64,000 bases of DNA from Hydrurus foetidus (GCA_900617105.1 UYFQ01000006.1:248001-312000), one strand, 5' to 3'; positions 38,541 through 50,826 are shown, numbered from the stretch's first letter. Translations and numbers: made by a program. Notes: generated by a model from the sequence alone, not told the origin.

Positions 38541-39164
38541 TTAACGCGAGTACAACTCGACGATCAGCGACTCATTGACATCGGATGCAAACTCGTCACG
38601 GTCAGGAACCTTCTTGAAGGTGCCTTCGCTCTTAGCGAGATTGACTTCAACCCAAGCAGGAATGCCCACTTGCTGAGCCAACTGCAAAGCTTCGACCACA
38701 CGGCCTTGTGCTTTGGATTTTTCGCGCACAGCAATCACGTCACCGGTCTTGACCATGTAAGACGGGATATTGACGGATTGTCCGTTCACGGTGATCGCTT
38801 TGTGCGAAACCAATTGACGTGCTTCAGCGCGGGTAGAGCCAAAGCCCATGCGGTAAACCACATTGTCCAAGCGAGACTCAAGGATAAACAACAGATTTGC
38901 ACCTGTGTTGCCCTTACGACGATCAGCTTCTTCAAAGTAGCGGCGGAACTGGCGCTCCAACACACCATACATGCGCTTAACTTTTTGCTTTTCACGCAAT
39001 TGCAAGCCAAAATCAGAGGTACGCGAACCAGAGGTGCGACCATGTTGACCTGGTTTAGAGTCAAATTTGGCCTTGTCGCTGATAGAGCGACGAGCGCTCT
39101 TCAAGAACAAGTCAGTGCCTTCACGGCGGGAGAGTTTGGCCTTAGGGCCTAGGTAACGTGCCAC
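38541..39164 (-). CDS. rpsD: 30S ribosomal protein S4
   Basis: [27 protein letters not shown] start. Confidence 0.98.
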   Translation of the reverse strand: MARYLGPKAKLSRREGTDLFLKSARRSISDKAKFDSKPGQHGRTSGSRTSDFGLQLREKQKVKRMYGVLERQFRRYFEEADRRKGNTGANLLFILESRLDNVVYRMGFGSTRAEARQLVSHKAITVNGQSVNIPSYMVKTGDVIAVREKSKAQGRVVEALQLAQQVGIPAWVEVNLAKSEGTFKKVPDRDEFASDVNESLIVELYSR

Positions 39165-39295
39165 GAGAATTTCCTTTTAATCATCTGCTGCATGAAATGC
39201 AGGAGCCATTCACAAAATGTGAATGGCAGTGGGCTTAGGGGGAAACTGAACAACTTATCAAGCAACTGTGAAACAGTTTGATAAGCTTGTTTCAA

Positions 39296-39700
39296 TTAGA
39301 TACGACGACGCTTTTGAGGGCGGCAACCGTTGTGCGGTACGGGAGTCACATCGGCAATCGAAGTGATACGGATGCCTAAGGCTCCGAGCGCACGAACTGA
39401 AGATTCGCGACCTGGGCCAGGGCCTTTGATCTCGACATCCAGATTCTTAATACCTTGTTCAATGGCAGCGCGACCAGCCACTTCAGAAGCTACTTGAGCT
39501 GCAAAAGGGGTTGACTTACGTGAACCTTTGAAGCCTTGACCACCTGACGATGCCCAAGACAGAGCATTGCCTTGGCGGTCGGTGATGGTGATGATCGTAT
39601 TATTGAACGAAGCGTGCACGTGAGCAACGCCATCGGCCACATTTTTACGAACTTTTTTGCGTACACGTTGTGACGCATTATTAGAGGGAGCTTTTGCCAT
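39296..39700 (-). CDS. rpsK: 30S ribosomal protein S11
   Basis: [27 protein letters not shown]. Confidence 0.98.
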   Translation of the reverse strand: MAKAPSNNASQRVRKKVRKNVADGVAHVHASFNNTIITITDRQGNALSWASSGGQGFKGSRKSTPFAAQVASEVAGRAAIEQGIKNLDVEIKGPGPGRESSVRALGALGIRITSIADVTPVPHNGCRPQKRRRI

Positions 39701-39717
39701 GGTGGTCTACCTAGTCC

Positions 39718-40083
39718 TTATTTCTTCAATGCCGCCGCAGCTTTGCGTGGGCCCTTGCGAGTCCGTGCATTGGTGCGTGTGCGCTGACCGCGCATAGGCA
39801 GACCACGACGGTGGCGGAAACCACGGTAGCAGCCGATATCCATCAAACGCTTGATGTTCATCGTGGTTTCGCGACGCAAATCACCTTCAATGGTGAATTT
39901 TGCGATTTCGTCGCGCAGCTTTTCGAGATCACCGTCAGTCAGATCTTTGATCTTCTTGGCGTAGGCGATACCGCTGGCTTCACAAATCTTGCGAGCGCGG
40001 GTACGACCAATACCAAAAATAGCGGTCAGGCCAATCTCAGCGTGCTGATGCTGCGGAATGTTAATGCCAGCAATACGTGCCAT
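39718..40083 (-). CDS. rpsM: 30S ribosomal protein S13
   Basis: [24 protein letters not shown]. Confidence 0.98.
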   Translation of the reverse strand: MARIAGINIPQHQHAEIGLTAIFGIGRTRARKICEASGIAYAKKIKDLTDGDLEKLRDEIAKFTIEGDLRRETTMNIKRLMDIGCYRGFRHRRGLPMRGQRTRTNARTRKGPRKAAAALKK

Positions 40084-40105
40084 ATTCGTCCTATAAACTA
40101 ATTAA

Positions 40106-40219
40106 TCAGCCTTGGCGCTGTTTGTGCCGTGGATCGGTACAAATAACGCGGACTACACCTTTACGGCGGATAACTTTACAGTTGCGGCAAATTGCCTTTA
40201 CCGAAGCCGAAACTCTCAT
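40106..40219 (-). CDS. rpmJ: 50S ribosomal protein L36 (not in ORF track)
   Basis: Hand translation [37 protein letters not shown]; Zn-ribbon form. Confidence 0.96.
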   Translation of the reverse strand: MRVSASVKAICRNCKVIRRKGVVRVICTDPRHKQRQG

Positions 40220-40271
40220 GTCGATCTCCTAAAACTCTTGATAACAATGGTCTGCGTGAACGGAGTCAATA

Positions 40272-40490
40272 TCACTTGGCTCTGAACACAATTCTGGCGC
40301 GGCTAAGGTCATAGGGCGTCAACTCTACGGTGACTTTATCACCGGGAAGAATGCGAATGTAGTGCATACGCATTTTTCCAGAAATATGACCTAAGACCAC
40401 ATGGCCATTTTCCAATTTAACTCTGAAAGTCGCGTTGGGTAGGTTTTCCAGCACCTCACCTTGCATCTGAATGACATCGTCTTTTGACAT
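40272..40490 (-). CDS. infA: Translation initiation factor IF-1
   Basis: [14 protein letters not shown]...[15 protein letters not shown]. Confidence 0.98.
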   Translation of the reverse strand: MSKDDVIQMQGEVLENLPNATFRVKLENGHVVLGHISGKMRMHYIRILPGDKVTVELTPYDLSRARIVFRAK

Positions 40491-40496
40491 ATCTTA

Positions 40497-41816
40497 TCAA
40501 GTGCCCAATGAAGTTTTGAAATTAGCCTTTTTCAGTAAGGACTCATACTGCTGCGACATCATGTAATTCTGTACCTGTGCCATAAAGTCCATAGTGACCA
40601 CCACAATAATTAACAGTGATGTTCCACCAAAGTAAAAGGGGACGTTGTATTTCAAAATTAGAAACTCAGGCAGCAAACATACAAAAGTGATGTATACCGC
40701 ACCGGCTAATGTTAAACGCAACAAAATCTTGTCAATGTATTTTGCAGTTTGCTCACCAGGACGAATACCTGGAATGAACGCACCACTCTTTTTGAGGTTA
40801 TCTGCAGTTTCGCGGCTGTTAAAAACCAAGGCCGTATAGAAAAAACAGAAAAACACAATGGCAGTCGCAAACAACATCACATAGATCGGCTGACCTGGAG
40901 TCAATCCGCCTGCTATATCTTTCAACCAGCGCATGGACTCACCCGAACTGAACCAACTCACCACCGTGGCTGGCAACAAAATGATGGAAGAAGCAAAAAT
41001 GGGGGGGATCACACCAGCCATGTTCAACTTCAAAGGCAAGTGCGAAGACTGCCCACCATAAACCTTGTTGCCCACCTGACGGCGTGCATAGTTCACCAAG
41101 ATCTTCCGCTGACCACGCTCAACGAACACAACAAAGTACGTCACCATGACGATGAGTGCTACTATAAAAATAGCAACCAAAATACTCATTGCACCCGTGC
41201 GAACCAACTCCAACAATCCACCTACCGCACTGGGCAAGCCTGCTGCAATACCTGCAAAAATGATGATGGAAATACCGTTACCCAAACCACGTTCGGTAAT
41301 TTGCTCACCCAACCACATCAAAAACATGGTGCCAGCAACCAAACTAACGACGGCAGTCATACGAAAACCAAACCCTGGTGTCATCACCAAACCAGCAGAA
41401 CTTTCCAATGCCATCGCAATACCCAACGATTGAAACATGGCTAAGCCCAATGTTCCGTAGCGTGTGTACTGTGTTATTTTACGACGCCCTGCTTCGCCTT
41501 CTTTCTTCATCTGCTCAAATGTAGGAACCACATAAGAAAGCAGTTGCATGATGATGGATGCCGAAATATACGGCATGATCCCCAATGCAAAGACAGTAAA
41601 GCGTGACAATGCGCCGCCTGAAAACACGTTAAAAAGACTCAGAATGCCACCCTGCTGACCTTTAAACAGTTGAGCCAATTGATTCGGATCAATGCCAGGC
41701 ACTGGGATGTGTGCACCAACTCGGTACACCACAAGTGCCAGCAGCAAAAAAACAAGCCGGCGACGCAAATCGCCGAATTTTCCTGCTTTTGCGGTAGTAG
41801 AAGCGCTGGTTGCCAC
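40497..41816 (-). CDS. secY: Preprotein translocase subunit SecY
   Basis: [32 protein letters not shown] start. Confidence 0.98.
   Translation of the reverse strand: MATSASTTAKAGKFGDLRRRLVFLLLALVVYRVGAHIPVPGIDPNQLAQLFKGQQGGILSLFNVFSGGALSRFTVFALGIMPYISASIIMQLLSYVVPTFEQMKKEGEAGRRKITQYTRYGTLGLAMFQSLGIAMALESSAGLVMTPGFGFRMTAVVSLVAGTMFLMWLGEQITERGLGNGISIIIFAGIAAGLPSAVGGLLELVRTGAMSILVAIFIVALIVMVTYFVVFVERGQRKILVNYARRQVGNKVYGGQSSHLPLKLNMAGVIPPIFASSIILLPATVVSWFSSGESMRWLKDIAGGLTPGQPIYVMLFATAIVFFCFFYTALVFNSRETADNLKKSGAFIPGIRPGEQTAKYIDKILLRLTLAGAVYITFVCLLPEFLILKYNVPFYFGGTSLLIIVVVTMDFMAQVQNYMMSQQYESLLKKANFKTSLGT
41157..41175. repeat. Core palindrome of dispersed element inside secY
   Basis: TGCTAC-tataaaa-ATAGCA; flank matches only weakly. 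Confidence 0.5.
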
Positions 41817-41844
41817 GTGTAGTCAGTCTTTCAGTCAGTCTTGA

Positions 41845-42276
41845 TTAAGCAACGCTGCCGCCAACAGCTTCAATCGAAGCTTTTGCCCCAGCCGTGGCAC
41901 CAATGCCATTCAGCTTAACTGCTTTGCTCAGGGTTCCAGTTTTGATAACTTTAACCACTTTGATCATTTGACCCACCAAGCCGGCTTGCTTCAAAGACAA
42001 CAAATCAACTTCCGTAGCGCCCAGTACTTCGAGCGTGTCCAAAGTGATTTCTGCGTTGAATTGCAGACTGTGTGATTTAAAGCCACGCTTTGGCAGACGA
42101 CGCTGCATAGGCATTTGACCGCCTTCAAAACCAACTTTATGGTAGCCACCTGAACGGGATTTTTGTCCCTTATGACCACGGCCAGCTGTCTTACCCAGAC
42201 CTGAGCCGATACCGCGACCAACACGGCGCTTTGAATGCTTTGCGCCCGCTGCGGGCTGAATACTGTTGAGTTCCAT
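41845..42276 (-). CDS. rplO: 50S ribosomal protein L15
   Basis: [26 protein letters not shown]. Confidence 0.98.
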   Translation of the reverse strand: MELNSIQPAAGAKHSKRRVGRGIGSGLGKTAGRGHKGQKSRSGGYHKVGFEGGQMPMQRRLPKRGFKSHSLQFNAEITLDTLEVLGATEVDLLSLKQAGLVGQMIKVVKVIKTGTLSKAVKLNGIGATAGAKASIEAVGGSVA

Positions 42277-42299
42277 CGCTAGCCTTAATTGAGTGCTGG

Positions 42300-42482
42300 T
42301 TACAGCACTTTGACCAGATAGCTGATCTTGTTGATCATGCCGCGCACTGCGGGCGTGTCTTGCAACTCGCTCACACTGTTGAGCTTGCGCAGCCCTAAGC
42401 CGATTACGGTTGCACGGTGAGATTGTTGCGTGCCAATAGGGCTGCGCACCAGTTGCACCTTAACGGTTTGTTGCGTTGTCAT
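42300..42482 (-). CDS. rpmD: 50S ribosomal protein L30
   Basis: LVRSPIG...LGLRK...DTPAVRGMI. Confidence 0.96.
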   Translation of the reverse strand: MTTQQTVKVQLVRSPIGTQQSHRATVIGLGLRKLNSVSELQDTPAVRGMINKISYLVKVL

Positions 42483-42496
42483 AGCTTGCTCCAATT

Positions 42497-43015
42497 TCAC
42501 GCGAAGATGTCTTCGACAGACTTACCGCGCTTTGCAGCTACGGCAGAAGGCGTCGTGGCATGGGACAACGCATCCAACGTAGCACGAACCATGTTGTAAG
42601 GATTGGTCGAACCATGGCTTTTAGCCACGATATCGGTAATACCCATCACTTCAAAAACAGCGCGCATGGGACCACCGGCAATGATGCCAGTACCCTTAGG
42701 TGCTGGTGCCATCATCACATTCGCAGCGCCATGATGACCATACACCTGGTGGTGAATAGTGCCATTCTTCAGCGTGATCTTGTGCAGATTGCGGCGTGCT
42801 TCTTCCATGGCTTTTTGCACGGCAGCAGGCACTTCTTTCGACTTGCCCTTACCCATGCCAACTTTGCCTTCGCCATCACCGACCACGGTCAGTGCAGCAA
42901 AACCCAAAATACGACCACCTTTAACGACTTTAGTGACGCGGTTAACCGCAATCATCTTTTCGCGCATGCCGTCTTCTGGACCGTCGCCTTGCGCTTTTGC
43001 TTGAAATTTAGCCAT
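42497..43015 (-). CDS. rpsE: 30S ribosomal protein S5
   Basis: [19 protein letters not shown]. Confidence 0.98.
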   Translation of the reverse strand: MAKFQAKAQGDGPEDGMREKMIAVNRVTKVVKGGRILGFAALTVVGDGEGKVGMGKGKSKEVPAAVQKAMEEARRNLHKITLKNGTIHHQVYGHHGAANVMMAPAPKGTGIIAGGPMRAVFEVMGITDIVAKSHGSTNPYNMVRATLDALSHATTPSAVAAKRGKSVEDIFA

Positions 43016-43032
43016 TTTTAATTCCGATTCGC

Positions 43033-43398
43033 TTAGAACTGCAAGCCAGCTTCACGCGCTGCATCTGCCAAAGCCTTTACGCGGCCGTGGTAGGCAAAGC
43101 CCGAGCGGTCAAACGCTACTTTGGAAACACCAGCAGCAATTGCTTTTTCAGCAATACGCTTACCAATAACCGTTGCAGCAGCTGTGTTACCGCCTTTACC
43201 GGAGGCACCCAGATCCTTGCGGACTTCGGCTTCTGCGGTAGAGGCACTGGCCAAGACCTTGCTGCCGTCGCCAGAAATCACACTTGCATAGATATGCAAA
43301 TTGGTACGGGTGACGCTCAGACGAACTGCACCTTGAATGGCAATACGAATGCGCGTTTGACGGGCGCGACGCAGACGTTGCTCTTTTTTGGTCAACAT
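43033..43398 (-). CDS. rplR: 50S ribosomal protein L18
   Basis: [21 protein letters not shown]. Confidence 0.98.
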   Translation of the reverse strand: MLTKKEQRLRRARQTRIRIAIQGAVRLSVTRTNLHIYASVISGDGSKVLASASTAEAEVRKDLGASGKGGNTAAATVIGKRIAEKAIAAGVSKVAFDRSGFAYHGRVKALADAAREAGLQF

Positions 43399-43409
43399 GG
43401 TGCAGCTCC

Positions 43410-43943
43410 TTATTTCTTCTTGGTCTCTTTGATCGTGATCTTCTCATCCGAATAACGGATGCCCTTGCCTTTGTAAGGCTCAGGAGGACGAATAGCACGG
43501 ATCTCAGCGGCCACTTGACCAACGCGCTGACGATCAGCACCTTTGATCACGATTTCAGTGGGGACAGGCGTTGCAACGGTGATACCGGCAGGCATGTCTT
43601 TGTTCACGGGGTGGGAATAGCCAACCGTCAGGTTCAGCTTAGCGCCTTGGGCTTGAGCTTTGTAGCCCACACCGACCAGATTGAGCTTCTTCTCAAAGCC
43701 TTTGGTAACGCCCACCACCATGTTGTTCACCAGCTGACGCAACGTGCCGCTCATAGCGTTGGCTTCACGTGAATCATTCGCAGGGACAAAACTTAATTTG
43801 CCTGCGTCATTGCTGATCGTCACCAAGGCGTTCAACGACAACGACAATGCGCCGCCAGAACCCTTGACATTGATTTTGTTTTCCTGAAAGGACACATCCA
43901 CACCAGCGGGGATGGTCACAGGCATTTTTCCTACACGGGACAT
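43410..43943 (-). CDS. rplF: 50S ribosomal protein L6
   Basis: [21 protein letters not shown]. Confidence 0.98.
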   Translation of the reverse strand: MSRVGKMPVTIPAGVDVSFQENKINVKGSGGALSLSLNALVTISNDAGKLSFVPANDSREANAMSGTLRQLVNNMVVGVTKGFEKKLNLVGVGYKAQAQGAKLNLTVGYSHPVNKDMPAGITVATPVPTEIVIKGADRQRVGQVAAEIRAIRPPEPYKGKGIRYSDEKITIKETKKK

Positions 43944-43960
43944 TTTCTGTTCTCCTGTGG

Positions 43961-44356
43961 TTAGGCGACGTAGCAAAGAACTTCGCCACCAACACCGTTG
44001 GCGCGTGCCTTGCGGTCAGTCATCACGCCTTGAGGCGTGGTAACAATCGCTACACCCAGACCATTCTGCACTTGCGGAATAGCACCCGTGCCTTTGTAGA
44101 CACGCAAGCCAGGACGGCTGACGCGCTCAATGCGCTCGATTACTGGGCGACCAGCATAGTATTTCAAGGTAATTTCGATTTCGGACTTGCCGTCTTCGGT
44201 TTTGACCTGGAAACCATCAATATAACCTTCGTCTTTGAGGACTTGGGTAATTGCAACTTTCACCTTGGATGACGGTACGGATACAGTCACTTTGGCTACC
44301 ATTTGGGCATTGCGGATACGCGTTAGCAAATCGGCAATAGGATCACTCATGCTCAT
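43961..44356 (-). CDS. rpsH: 30S ribosomal protein S8
   Basis: [21 protein letters not shown]. Confidence 0.98.
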   Translation of the reverse strand: MSMSDPIADLLTRIRNAQMVAKVTVSVPSSKVKVAITQVLKDEGYIDGFQVKTEDGKSEIEITLKYYAGRPVIERIERVSRPGLRVYKGTGAIPQVQNGLGVAIVTTPQGVMTDRKARANGVGGEVLCYVA

Positions 44357-44374
44357 ATTCAGTCTCCTACTGGA

Positions 44375-44680
44375 TTACCAGCTTGCCTTGACGATACCGG
44401 GGATATCGCCAGCAAATGCCAATTCACGAATCTTGGCGCGAGCCAGACCGAACTGACGGAATGTGCCACGTGGACGACCAGTGATTGCACAACGGTTGCG
44501 CTGACGCGTAGGGTTCGCATTGCGAGGCATCATTTGCAGACCCAAACGGGCAGCAGCACGCTCTTCATCAGTGCGTTTAGCGTCATTAGAGATCGCCTTG
44601 AACTCAGCATGCTTTGCAGCGTACTTAGCCACCAGTTTGTCGCGCTTGAGTTCGCGTTCGATTAAAGCTTTTTTAGCCAC
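44375..44680 (-). CDS. rpsN: 30S ribosomal protein S14 (long, Zn-free type)
   Basis: [24 protein letters not shown] start. Confidence 0.97.
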   Translation of the reverse strand: MAKKALIERELKRDKLVAKYAAKHAEFKAISNDAKRTDEERAAARLGLQMMPRNANPTRQRNRCAITGRPRGTFRQFGLARAKIRELAFAGDIPGIVKASW

Positions 44681-44688
44681 ACGTCACC

Positions 44689-45228
44689 TCAGTTCTTGAA
44701 CGGGAAACGGAAGGCGGCGAGCAATGCTTTGCATTCTTCGTCGTTCTTTGCCGTTGTGGTGATGCTGATATTGAGACCGCGCAAGGCATCAACCTTGTCG
44801 TACTCGATTTCAGGGAAAATGATTTGCTCTTTCACGCCAATGTTGTAATTGCCGCGACCATCAAATGCACGACCGGAGATACCCCGGAAGTCACGCACTC
44901 GTGGCAAAGCAATCGTCACAAAACGATCTAAGAATTCAAACATTTGCACGCCGCGCAGCGTGACCATGCAACCAATCGCTTGGCCTTCGCGGATTTTGAA
45001 ACCGGCGATAGCTTTCTTAGCGTTGGTAACCACAGGCTTTTGGCCTGCAATCTTGGTCAAATCAGCTACTGCGTTGTCCATGACTTTCTTGTCAGAGACC
45101 GCCTCACTCACACCCATATTCAAGGTGATCTTCGTGATGCGAGGCACTTGCATAGGCGAGGTGTAACCGAATTTTTCGATCAGATCCTTAGCCACTTTTT
45201 CACGGTAAAATTTTTGTAATCGAGCCAT
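44689..45228 (-). CDS. rplE: 50S ribosomal protein L5
   Basis: [27 protein letters not shown]. Confidence 0.98.
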   Translation of the reverse strand: MARLQKFYREKVAKDLIEKFGYTSPMQVPRITKITLNMGVSEAVSDKKVMDNAVADLTKIAGQKPVVTNAKKAIAGFKIREGQAIGCMVTLRGVQMFEFLDRFVTIALPRVRDFRGISGRAFDGRGNYNIGVKEQIIFPEIEYDKVDALRGLNISITTTAKNDEECKALLAAFRFPFKN

Positions 45229-45238
45229 GATGTACCCC

Positions 45239-45559
45239 TTAGGCCAGCTTGATTTCTTCGCCGCTGGACTTGAAAACGCGAACGCGCTTTCCATCAGCCA
45301 GCAACTTGATACCCACGCGGTCAGCCTTGCCGGTAGCCGCATTGAAAATAGCCACATTGGACTGGTGCATGGGCATGGATTTCTCCATCACGCCGCCAGT
45401 TGTACCCTTCATAGGGTTGGGCTTGGTGTGCTTTTTGACAACATTGATACCCTCAATGAGGATATGCGAGTCGTCTTTGCGCAGCGTGACTTTGCCACGC
45501 TTGCCTTTGTCACGCCCTGCGAGCACGATGACATCGTCGCCTTTGCGAATCTTATTCAT
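45239..45559 (-). CDS. rplX: 50S ribosomal protein L24
   Basis: [22 protein letters not shown] motif. Confidence 0.98.
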   Translation of the reverse strand: MNKIRKGDDVIVLAGRDKGKRGKVTLRKDDSHILIEGINVVKKHTKPNPMKGTTGGVMEKSMPMHQSNVAIFNAATGKADRVGIKLLADGKRVRVFKSSGEEIKLA

Positions 45560-45568
45560 GGCCAGTCC

Positions 45569-45937
45569 TTACAAAACTTCAGGGGCCAAAGACACGATCT
45601 TCATGAACTTTTCAGTGCGCAACTCGCGCGTCACCGGTCCAAAGATACGGGTGCCAATTGGCTCCAACTTAGCATTCAACAACACAGCGGCATTGCTATC
45701 AAACTTCACAAGGGATCCGTCATCACGACGAATACCCTTGGCAGTACGAACCACCACAGCACTGTAAATCTCGCCTTTTTTGACGCGACCACGCGGAGCA
45801 GCTTCTTTGATGCTTACCTTGATGATGTCACCGACACTGGCGTAGCGACGCTTCGATCCACCGAGCACTTTAATGCACAGGACGGATTTCGCGCCAGTGT
45901 TGTCGGCGACCTCTAACCGGGATTCAGTTTGGATCAT
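45569..45937 (-). CDS. rplN: 50S ribosomal protein L14
   Basis: [25 protein letters not shown]. Confidence 0.98.
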   Translation of the reverse strand: MIQTESRLEVADNTGAKSVLCIKVLGGSKRRYASVGDIIKVSIKEAAPRGRVKKGEIYSAVVVRTAKGIRRDDGSLVKFDSNAAVLLNAKLEPIGTRIFGPVTRELRTEKFMKIVSLAPEVL

Positions 45938-46088
45938 TTGTAATATTCCCAACTTGCACCGAATTTGCACTCCTTACGAAGCATCGCATTCAGTCAGTCT
46001 TGGGCCCGTTGCCTACACCATGAACCATTCATGACGCAGTTATTGGGCTGATAAATCTTGTCGTTCGCCTTTTACAGCGAAGCCTTGA

Positions 46089-46117
46089 ATTATGGCACGG
46101 TCTTTTCGTTTCGTCAA
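46089..46117 (-). promoter_or_regulatory. Sigma70-type promoter of spc operon
   Basis: TTGACG-17 bp-CATAAT on minus strand upstream of rplN. Confidence 0.7.
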
Positions 46118-46134
46118 ACACCCTGCCACAAAAA

Positions 46135-47715
46135 TTACGCAGGAAACTGTAAATATTGATGCGCCAATGCAACAAAGGCTGAAAGTTGCGGATCAACACC
46201 CGTTTCCTCACGCAGCAAAGTAGCCACATCGTCCGCCAGCGAGATTGCCAGCCGGGCATCCAAGAAAAGCAGACGCGATCGACGGGCGAGCACATCTTCG
46301 ACTGTACGGGCGTATTCATTGCGCGCAGCAAACCGCACCATCGCCTCGCTCAAGCCACCACCCAGTTGCCGATCAGCCCCGGGCAGGGCCGTAATCTTGA
46401 CGGCTTCACTGCCATAAGAATGCAGCCCGGGGGCATCGCTGATGCGCGGTCGCTTGACGGATGCGCTCAATGGGCTGTCTTGGGCACCCACCAAAAGATG
46501 ATTGACCGTTGCCCCCGCATTGGCTCGTTTCAAAAGCGATGCCTCAAAGCATTTTTCCAGCACGTCTTCGGCCATGGCACGGTAGGTCGTCCATTTGCCC
46601 CCCGTCACCGTGACCAAGCCGCTTCGGCTGACCAGCACCGTGTGTTCACGGCTGATGGCTTTGGTGTTGCCACCATCGTCATCTGGTGGTTTGACCAACG
46701 GACGCAGCCCCACCCAGATACTTTTAACATCCGCCGGCTTGGGTGCACGGGTCAAATAGCGGGCAGATTCATTCAAGATGAAGTCAATTTCCGCTTTGAA
46801 GGGCGTCGGCTCGCGGGCCAAATCACCACGCGGCGTATCGGTAGTGCCCAAGATGACCTTGCCCAACCACGGCACGGCAAACAGCACCCGGCCATCTGCA
46901 GTCTTAGGCACCATCAAGGCATGGTCTGTGGGCAAAAATTCGCGGTCAACCACCATGTGAACGCCTTGGCTGGGGGCCACCATCGCGTTGACCTTGCGCC
47001 CCATCGCTTCACCGTCTTTTTGCCGAAACTCATCAACCCAAACGCCGGCGGCGTTGATGACGCAGCGTGCTTTCACTGCATAGCCTTGGCCGGTTTCGCG
47101 GTCTTCGCATTGCAAACCCGTTATTTTTCCGCCTTCGTGGATCAACTCGGTGACGGCGCAATAGTTCACCAACAAAGCCCCCTGGGCTGCTGCGGTGCGG
47201 GCCAGGGCCAAGGCCAAACGGGCATCGTCAAACTGACCATCCCAGTACTTCACCCCGCCTTTGAGCCCCTCACGCCGCGCCGTAGGAAGCAGCCGCAAAG
47301 TTTCCTCTCGGCCTAAAAATTCTGTACGCCCTAAACCGGCCTTGCCTGCCAGCGCGTCGTACATCTTCAAGCCGATGCCGTAAAACGGGGTTTCCCAGAA
47401 TTTGTACGAAGGCATGACAAACGGCAGCGCTTGGGCCAAATGGGGCGCGTTGTGCAGCAAGGTGGTGCGCTCATGCAACGCCTCGCGCACCAGAGATATA
47501 TTGCCCTGCGCCAAATAACGCACACCGCCATGCACCAGCTTGGTAGCGCGTGACGACGTACCTTTGGCGAAATCATGAGATTCCAACAAGACCACCGAAA
47601 AACCGCGCAGCGCGGCATCCAGCGCCACCCCCAGACCGGTCGCCCCCCCGCCAATAATGGCCACATCGTAGTGGGTAGGTTGAGCCAACCGCTCAATCAA
47701 CGCTGCACGATTCAT
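46135..47715 (-). CDS. glpD: Glycerol-3-phosphate dehydrogenase/oxidase
   Basis: GGGATG, GTSSRATKLVHGGVRYL, GGKWTTYR. Confidence 0.92.
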   Translation of the reverse strand: MNRAALIERLAQPTHYDVAIIGGGATGLGVALDAALRGFSVVLLESHDFAKGTSSRATKLVHGGVRYLAQGNISLVREALHERTTLLHNAPHLAQALPFVMPSYKFWETPFYGIGLKMYDALAGKAGLGRTEFLGREETLRLLPTARREGLKGGVKYWDGQFDDARLALALARTAAAQGALLVNYCAVTELIHEGGKITGLQCEDRETGQGYAVKARCVINAAGVWVDEFRQKDGEAMGRKVNAMVAPSQGVHMVVDREFLPTDHALMVPKTADGRVLFAVPWLGKVILGTTDTPRGDLAREPTPFKAEIDFILNESARYLTRAPKPADVKSIWVGLRPLVKPPDDDGGNTKAISREHTVLVSRSGLVTVTGGKWTTYRAMAEDVLEKCFEASLLKRANAGATVNHLLVGAQDSPLSASVKRPRISDAPGLHSYGSEAVKITALPGADRQLGGGLSEAMVRFAARNEYARTVEDVLARRSRLLFLDARLAISLADDVATLLREETGVDPQLSAFVALAHQYLQFPA

Positions 47716-47850
47716 ACAACTACCTCTAAGTGCAAGGTACCGCTCTCTGGCAGCACGCTTGGGTTTCAAAAACAAATGAAAACAAAAAGGGCAGTGCAAA
47801 GCACATGGCTCGGCACTGCCTGTGTCGCTCAACGTGAGCTGAACATCAAC

Positions 47851-49005
47851 TTAGCGAACACGCCCTTCTTTCCAGGCCCCCAACAACTTGTCATACGCAA
47901 TGGTTTCGCCCTTTGGCTTTTCATTCGCCAGCTTCTTCCACGGTGCGCCCTTGTCGCTCAGGTACTTGTTAGGGTCGCCTTTGGGATTGAGCTTGGGTGC
48001 GCAATGCGCCATACCCGAGCGTTCCAGACGGGCCATCACCTGGTCCATCTCTTCAGCCAGATTGTCCATAGCCGCTTGGGGGGTCTTTTCACCCGTTACC
48101 GCTACAGCAACGTTCTTCCACCACAGCTGCGCCAGCTTGGGGTAGTCAGGCACGTTGGTGCCTGTGGGCGTCCAGGCCACACGGGCAGGGCTGCGGTAGA
48201 ACTCAACCAGACCACCCAGCTTAGGTGCCATATCGGTCATCGCTTTGGACTGGATGTCGGATTCACGAATCGGGGTCAGGCCCACGATGGTCTTCTTCAG
48301 CGACGTGGTTTTGGCCGTCACAAACTGCGCGTACAACCATGCGGCTGCCGTCTTGTCTGCATCGTGGTTGGCAAAGAACGTCCATGAACCCACGTCCTGG
48401 TAGCCGTTTTGCATCCCTTGCTTCCAGTACGGGCCATTCGGGCCAGGGGCCATGCGCCACTTAGGTGTGCCGTCCGCATTCACCACCGGCAAACCAGGCT
48501 TGGTCATGTCGGCTGTAAAGGCCGTATACCAAAAGATTTGCTGTGCGATTTGGCCCTGGGCAGGCACGGGGCCCGCTTCACCAAAGGTCATGCCATTGGC
48601 TTCCTTGGGGGCATACTTTTTCATCCAATCGACGTACTTGGTCAAAGCGTAAACAGCCGCAGGCGAATTGGTCGCACCACCGCGTGACACCGACGCGCCT
48701 ACTGGCGTGCATTTGTCAGCCCCTACACGAATACCCCATTCATCAACCGGCTGTCCATTCGGAATGCCTACGTCTGCTGTACCTGCCATAGAAAGCCACG
48801 CATCGGTGAAACGCCAGCCCAGTGAAGGATCTTTTTTGCCATAGTCCATGTGGCCATAAATCGGCTTGCCGTCGATGGTTTTCACGTCTTCGCTGAAGAA
48901 CGCAGCAATGTCTTCATAGGCGCTCCAGTTCAACGGCACACCCAAGTCATAACCGTACTTGGCTTTGAACTTCTCTTTCAAGTCAGGGCGGGCAAACAGG
49001 TCAGC

Positions 49006-49036
<31 letters not shown>

Positions 49037-49581
49037 TCAGGCAATTGGTAGAGTTTTTTGTCGGGCCCGGTGGTGAAACTGGTGCCAATGAAATCTTTCA
49101 AATCCAAACCGGGATTTGTCCACTCTTTGCCTTTGCCGCTCATGTAGTCGGTCAGGTTCATGATCTTGCCGTAGCGGTAGTGCGTACCGATCAGGTCAGA
49201 GTCAGAAATCCAGCCGTCGTAAATTGACTTGCCCGATTGCATCGAGGTTTGCAGCTTCTCAACCACGTCACCCTCTTGAATCAGGTCATGCTTGACCTTG
49301 ATGCCGGTGATCTCTTCAAACGCCTTGGCCAGCGTCTTAGATTCGTACTCGTGCGTAGTGATGGTCTCAGAGACCACCGAAATTTCTTTCACGCCCTTAG
49401 CTTGCAGTTTTTTAGCAGCGTCGATGAACCATTTCATCTCCGTCGCTTGCTGCTCTTTGGAAAGGGTCGAGGGTTGAAACTCGCTGTCAATCCACTTTTT
49501 GGCAGCCGCTTCATCGGCCCAGCTTGGGGCACCCATCGCGCAAGCGATAGCCACAGTCAACGCGGTGTACCGCAGTTTCAT
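47851..49581 (-). CDS. glpV: Glycerol ABC transporter substrate-binding protein
   Basis: Signal peptide, EFQPSTL, VVSETITTHEYES; operon context (rhizobial nomenclature). Confidence 0.85.
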
Positions 49582-49668
49582 AATCTGTCTCCTAAACGTG
49601 ATGACCCCTGTAGATAAAGGCAACTTCGGCTCCAGGGGATGACAAGCCGATCCTTCACAACTGAACAA

Positions 49669-49977
49669 CTAACCCTTTTGCACAATCAGCCCCAGCACCC
49701 CCATAGAGACGACAAAGCTGATCCAAATCGATGGCTCGGTCTCCATGCCCAGTGCCAAGCCCAAACGACTACTGACACCCACAAAGGCCAAATTCACATA
49801 CGCAGCGGCCAGCAAGCCGATAAACAACCTGTCTCCGCGTGTCGTTTCCAGGGGCAAAAACCCGCGCCTGAGCGTGGTGGGTGATTTGATTTCCCACACC
49901 GTCATGCCCGCCAGCATCAGCGCAATACAGATAAAAAATACGGCTACCGGCGTAGTCCAAGCCATCCACTCAAACAT
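49669..49977 (-). CDS. glpU: DUF2160 small membrane protein of glycerol ABC system
   Basis: WMAWT...TTRGDRLFIGLL motif; operon context. Confidence 0.8.
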   Translation of the reverse strand: MFEWMAWTTPVAVFFICIALMLAGMTVWEIKSPTTLRRGFLPLETTRGDRLFIGLLAAAYVNLAFVGVSSRLGLALGMETEPSIWISFVVSMGVLGLIVQKG

Positions 49978-50013
49978 GAAGCGCTCCCAGGTCAAAATTT
50001 AAATTGAACATCG

Positions 50014-50826
50014 TCATACACGCCCCATCGCAAAACCTTTGGCGATGTAGTTGCGGACAAACCAAATCACAATCGCGCCTGGCACGATGGTCAGCACCCC
50101 TGCTGCGGCCAGTGTGGCCCAGTCCATGCCCGAAGCAGACACCGTGCGCGTCATCGTCGCGACAATCGGCTTGGCATTGACACTGGTCAGCGTGCGCGCC
50201 AGCAGCAACTCCACCCAGCTGAACATGAAGCAAAAGAACGCGGCCACACCCACACCCGCCTTGATTAAGGGCAGGTAAATCTTCACAAAAAATCCAGGAA
50301 ACGAATATCCGTCGATGTACGCAGTCTCGTCAATTTCCCGAGGAATACCACTCATAAAGCCTTCCAAAATCCACACCGCCAGCGGCACGTTGAACAGCAA
50401 GTGGGCGAGCGCCACCGCCAAATGCGTGTCCATCAACCCCACGGTGGTGTAAAGCTGAAAGAACGGCAGCAAAAACACGGCGGGTGGTGTCATGCGGTTG
50501 GTCAGGAGCCAAAAGAACACATGCTTGTCGCCCAAAAAACTGTAGCGCGAAAACGCATACGCCGCAGGCAACGCCACCGTGAGCGAAATTACCGTGTTGA
50601 TGGCCACGTAAATCAAACTGTTGATGTAGCCCGAGTACCACGAAGGGTCGGTCAAGATCAGTTTGTAGTTGTCCCAGGTGAAATGCTGGGGGAACAGCGA
50701 AAAGCTCGCCACAATTTCACCGTTCGTTTTGAACGACATGTTCACCATCCAGTACACCGGCAGCAAAGCAAACACGATGTACGCGATCAAGAACAGCGAA
50801 CGCTTTTGAAACTTGGGCTTATTCAT
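50014..50826 (-). CDS. glpQ: Glycerol ABC transporter permease
   Basis: EIDETAYIDG EAA-like loop; rhizobial transporter name, not the phosphodiesterase. Confidence 0.8.
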   Translation of the reverse strand: MNKPKFQKRSLFLIAYIVFALLPVYWMVNMSFKTNGEIVASFSLFPQHFTWDNYKLILTDPSWYSGYINSLIYVAINTVISLTVALPAAYAFSRYSFLGDKHVFFWLLTNRMTPPAVFLLPFFQLYTTVGLMDTHLAVALAHLLFNVPLAVWILEGFMSGIPREIDETAYIDGYSFPGFFVKIYLPLIKAGVGVAAFFCFMFSWVELLLARTLTSVNAKPIVATMTRTVSASGMDWATLAAAGVLTIVPGAIVIWFVRNYIAKGFAMGRV

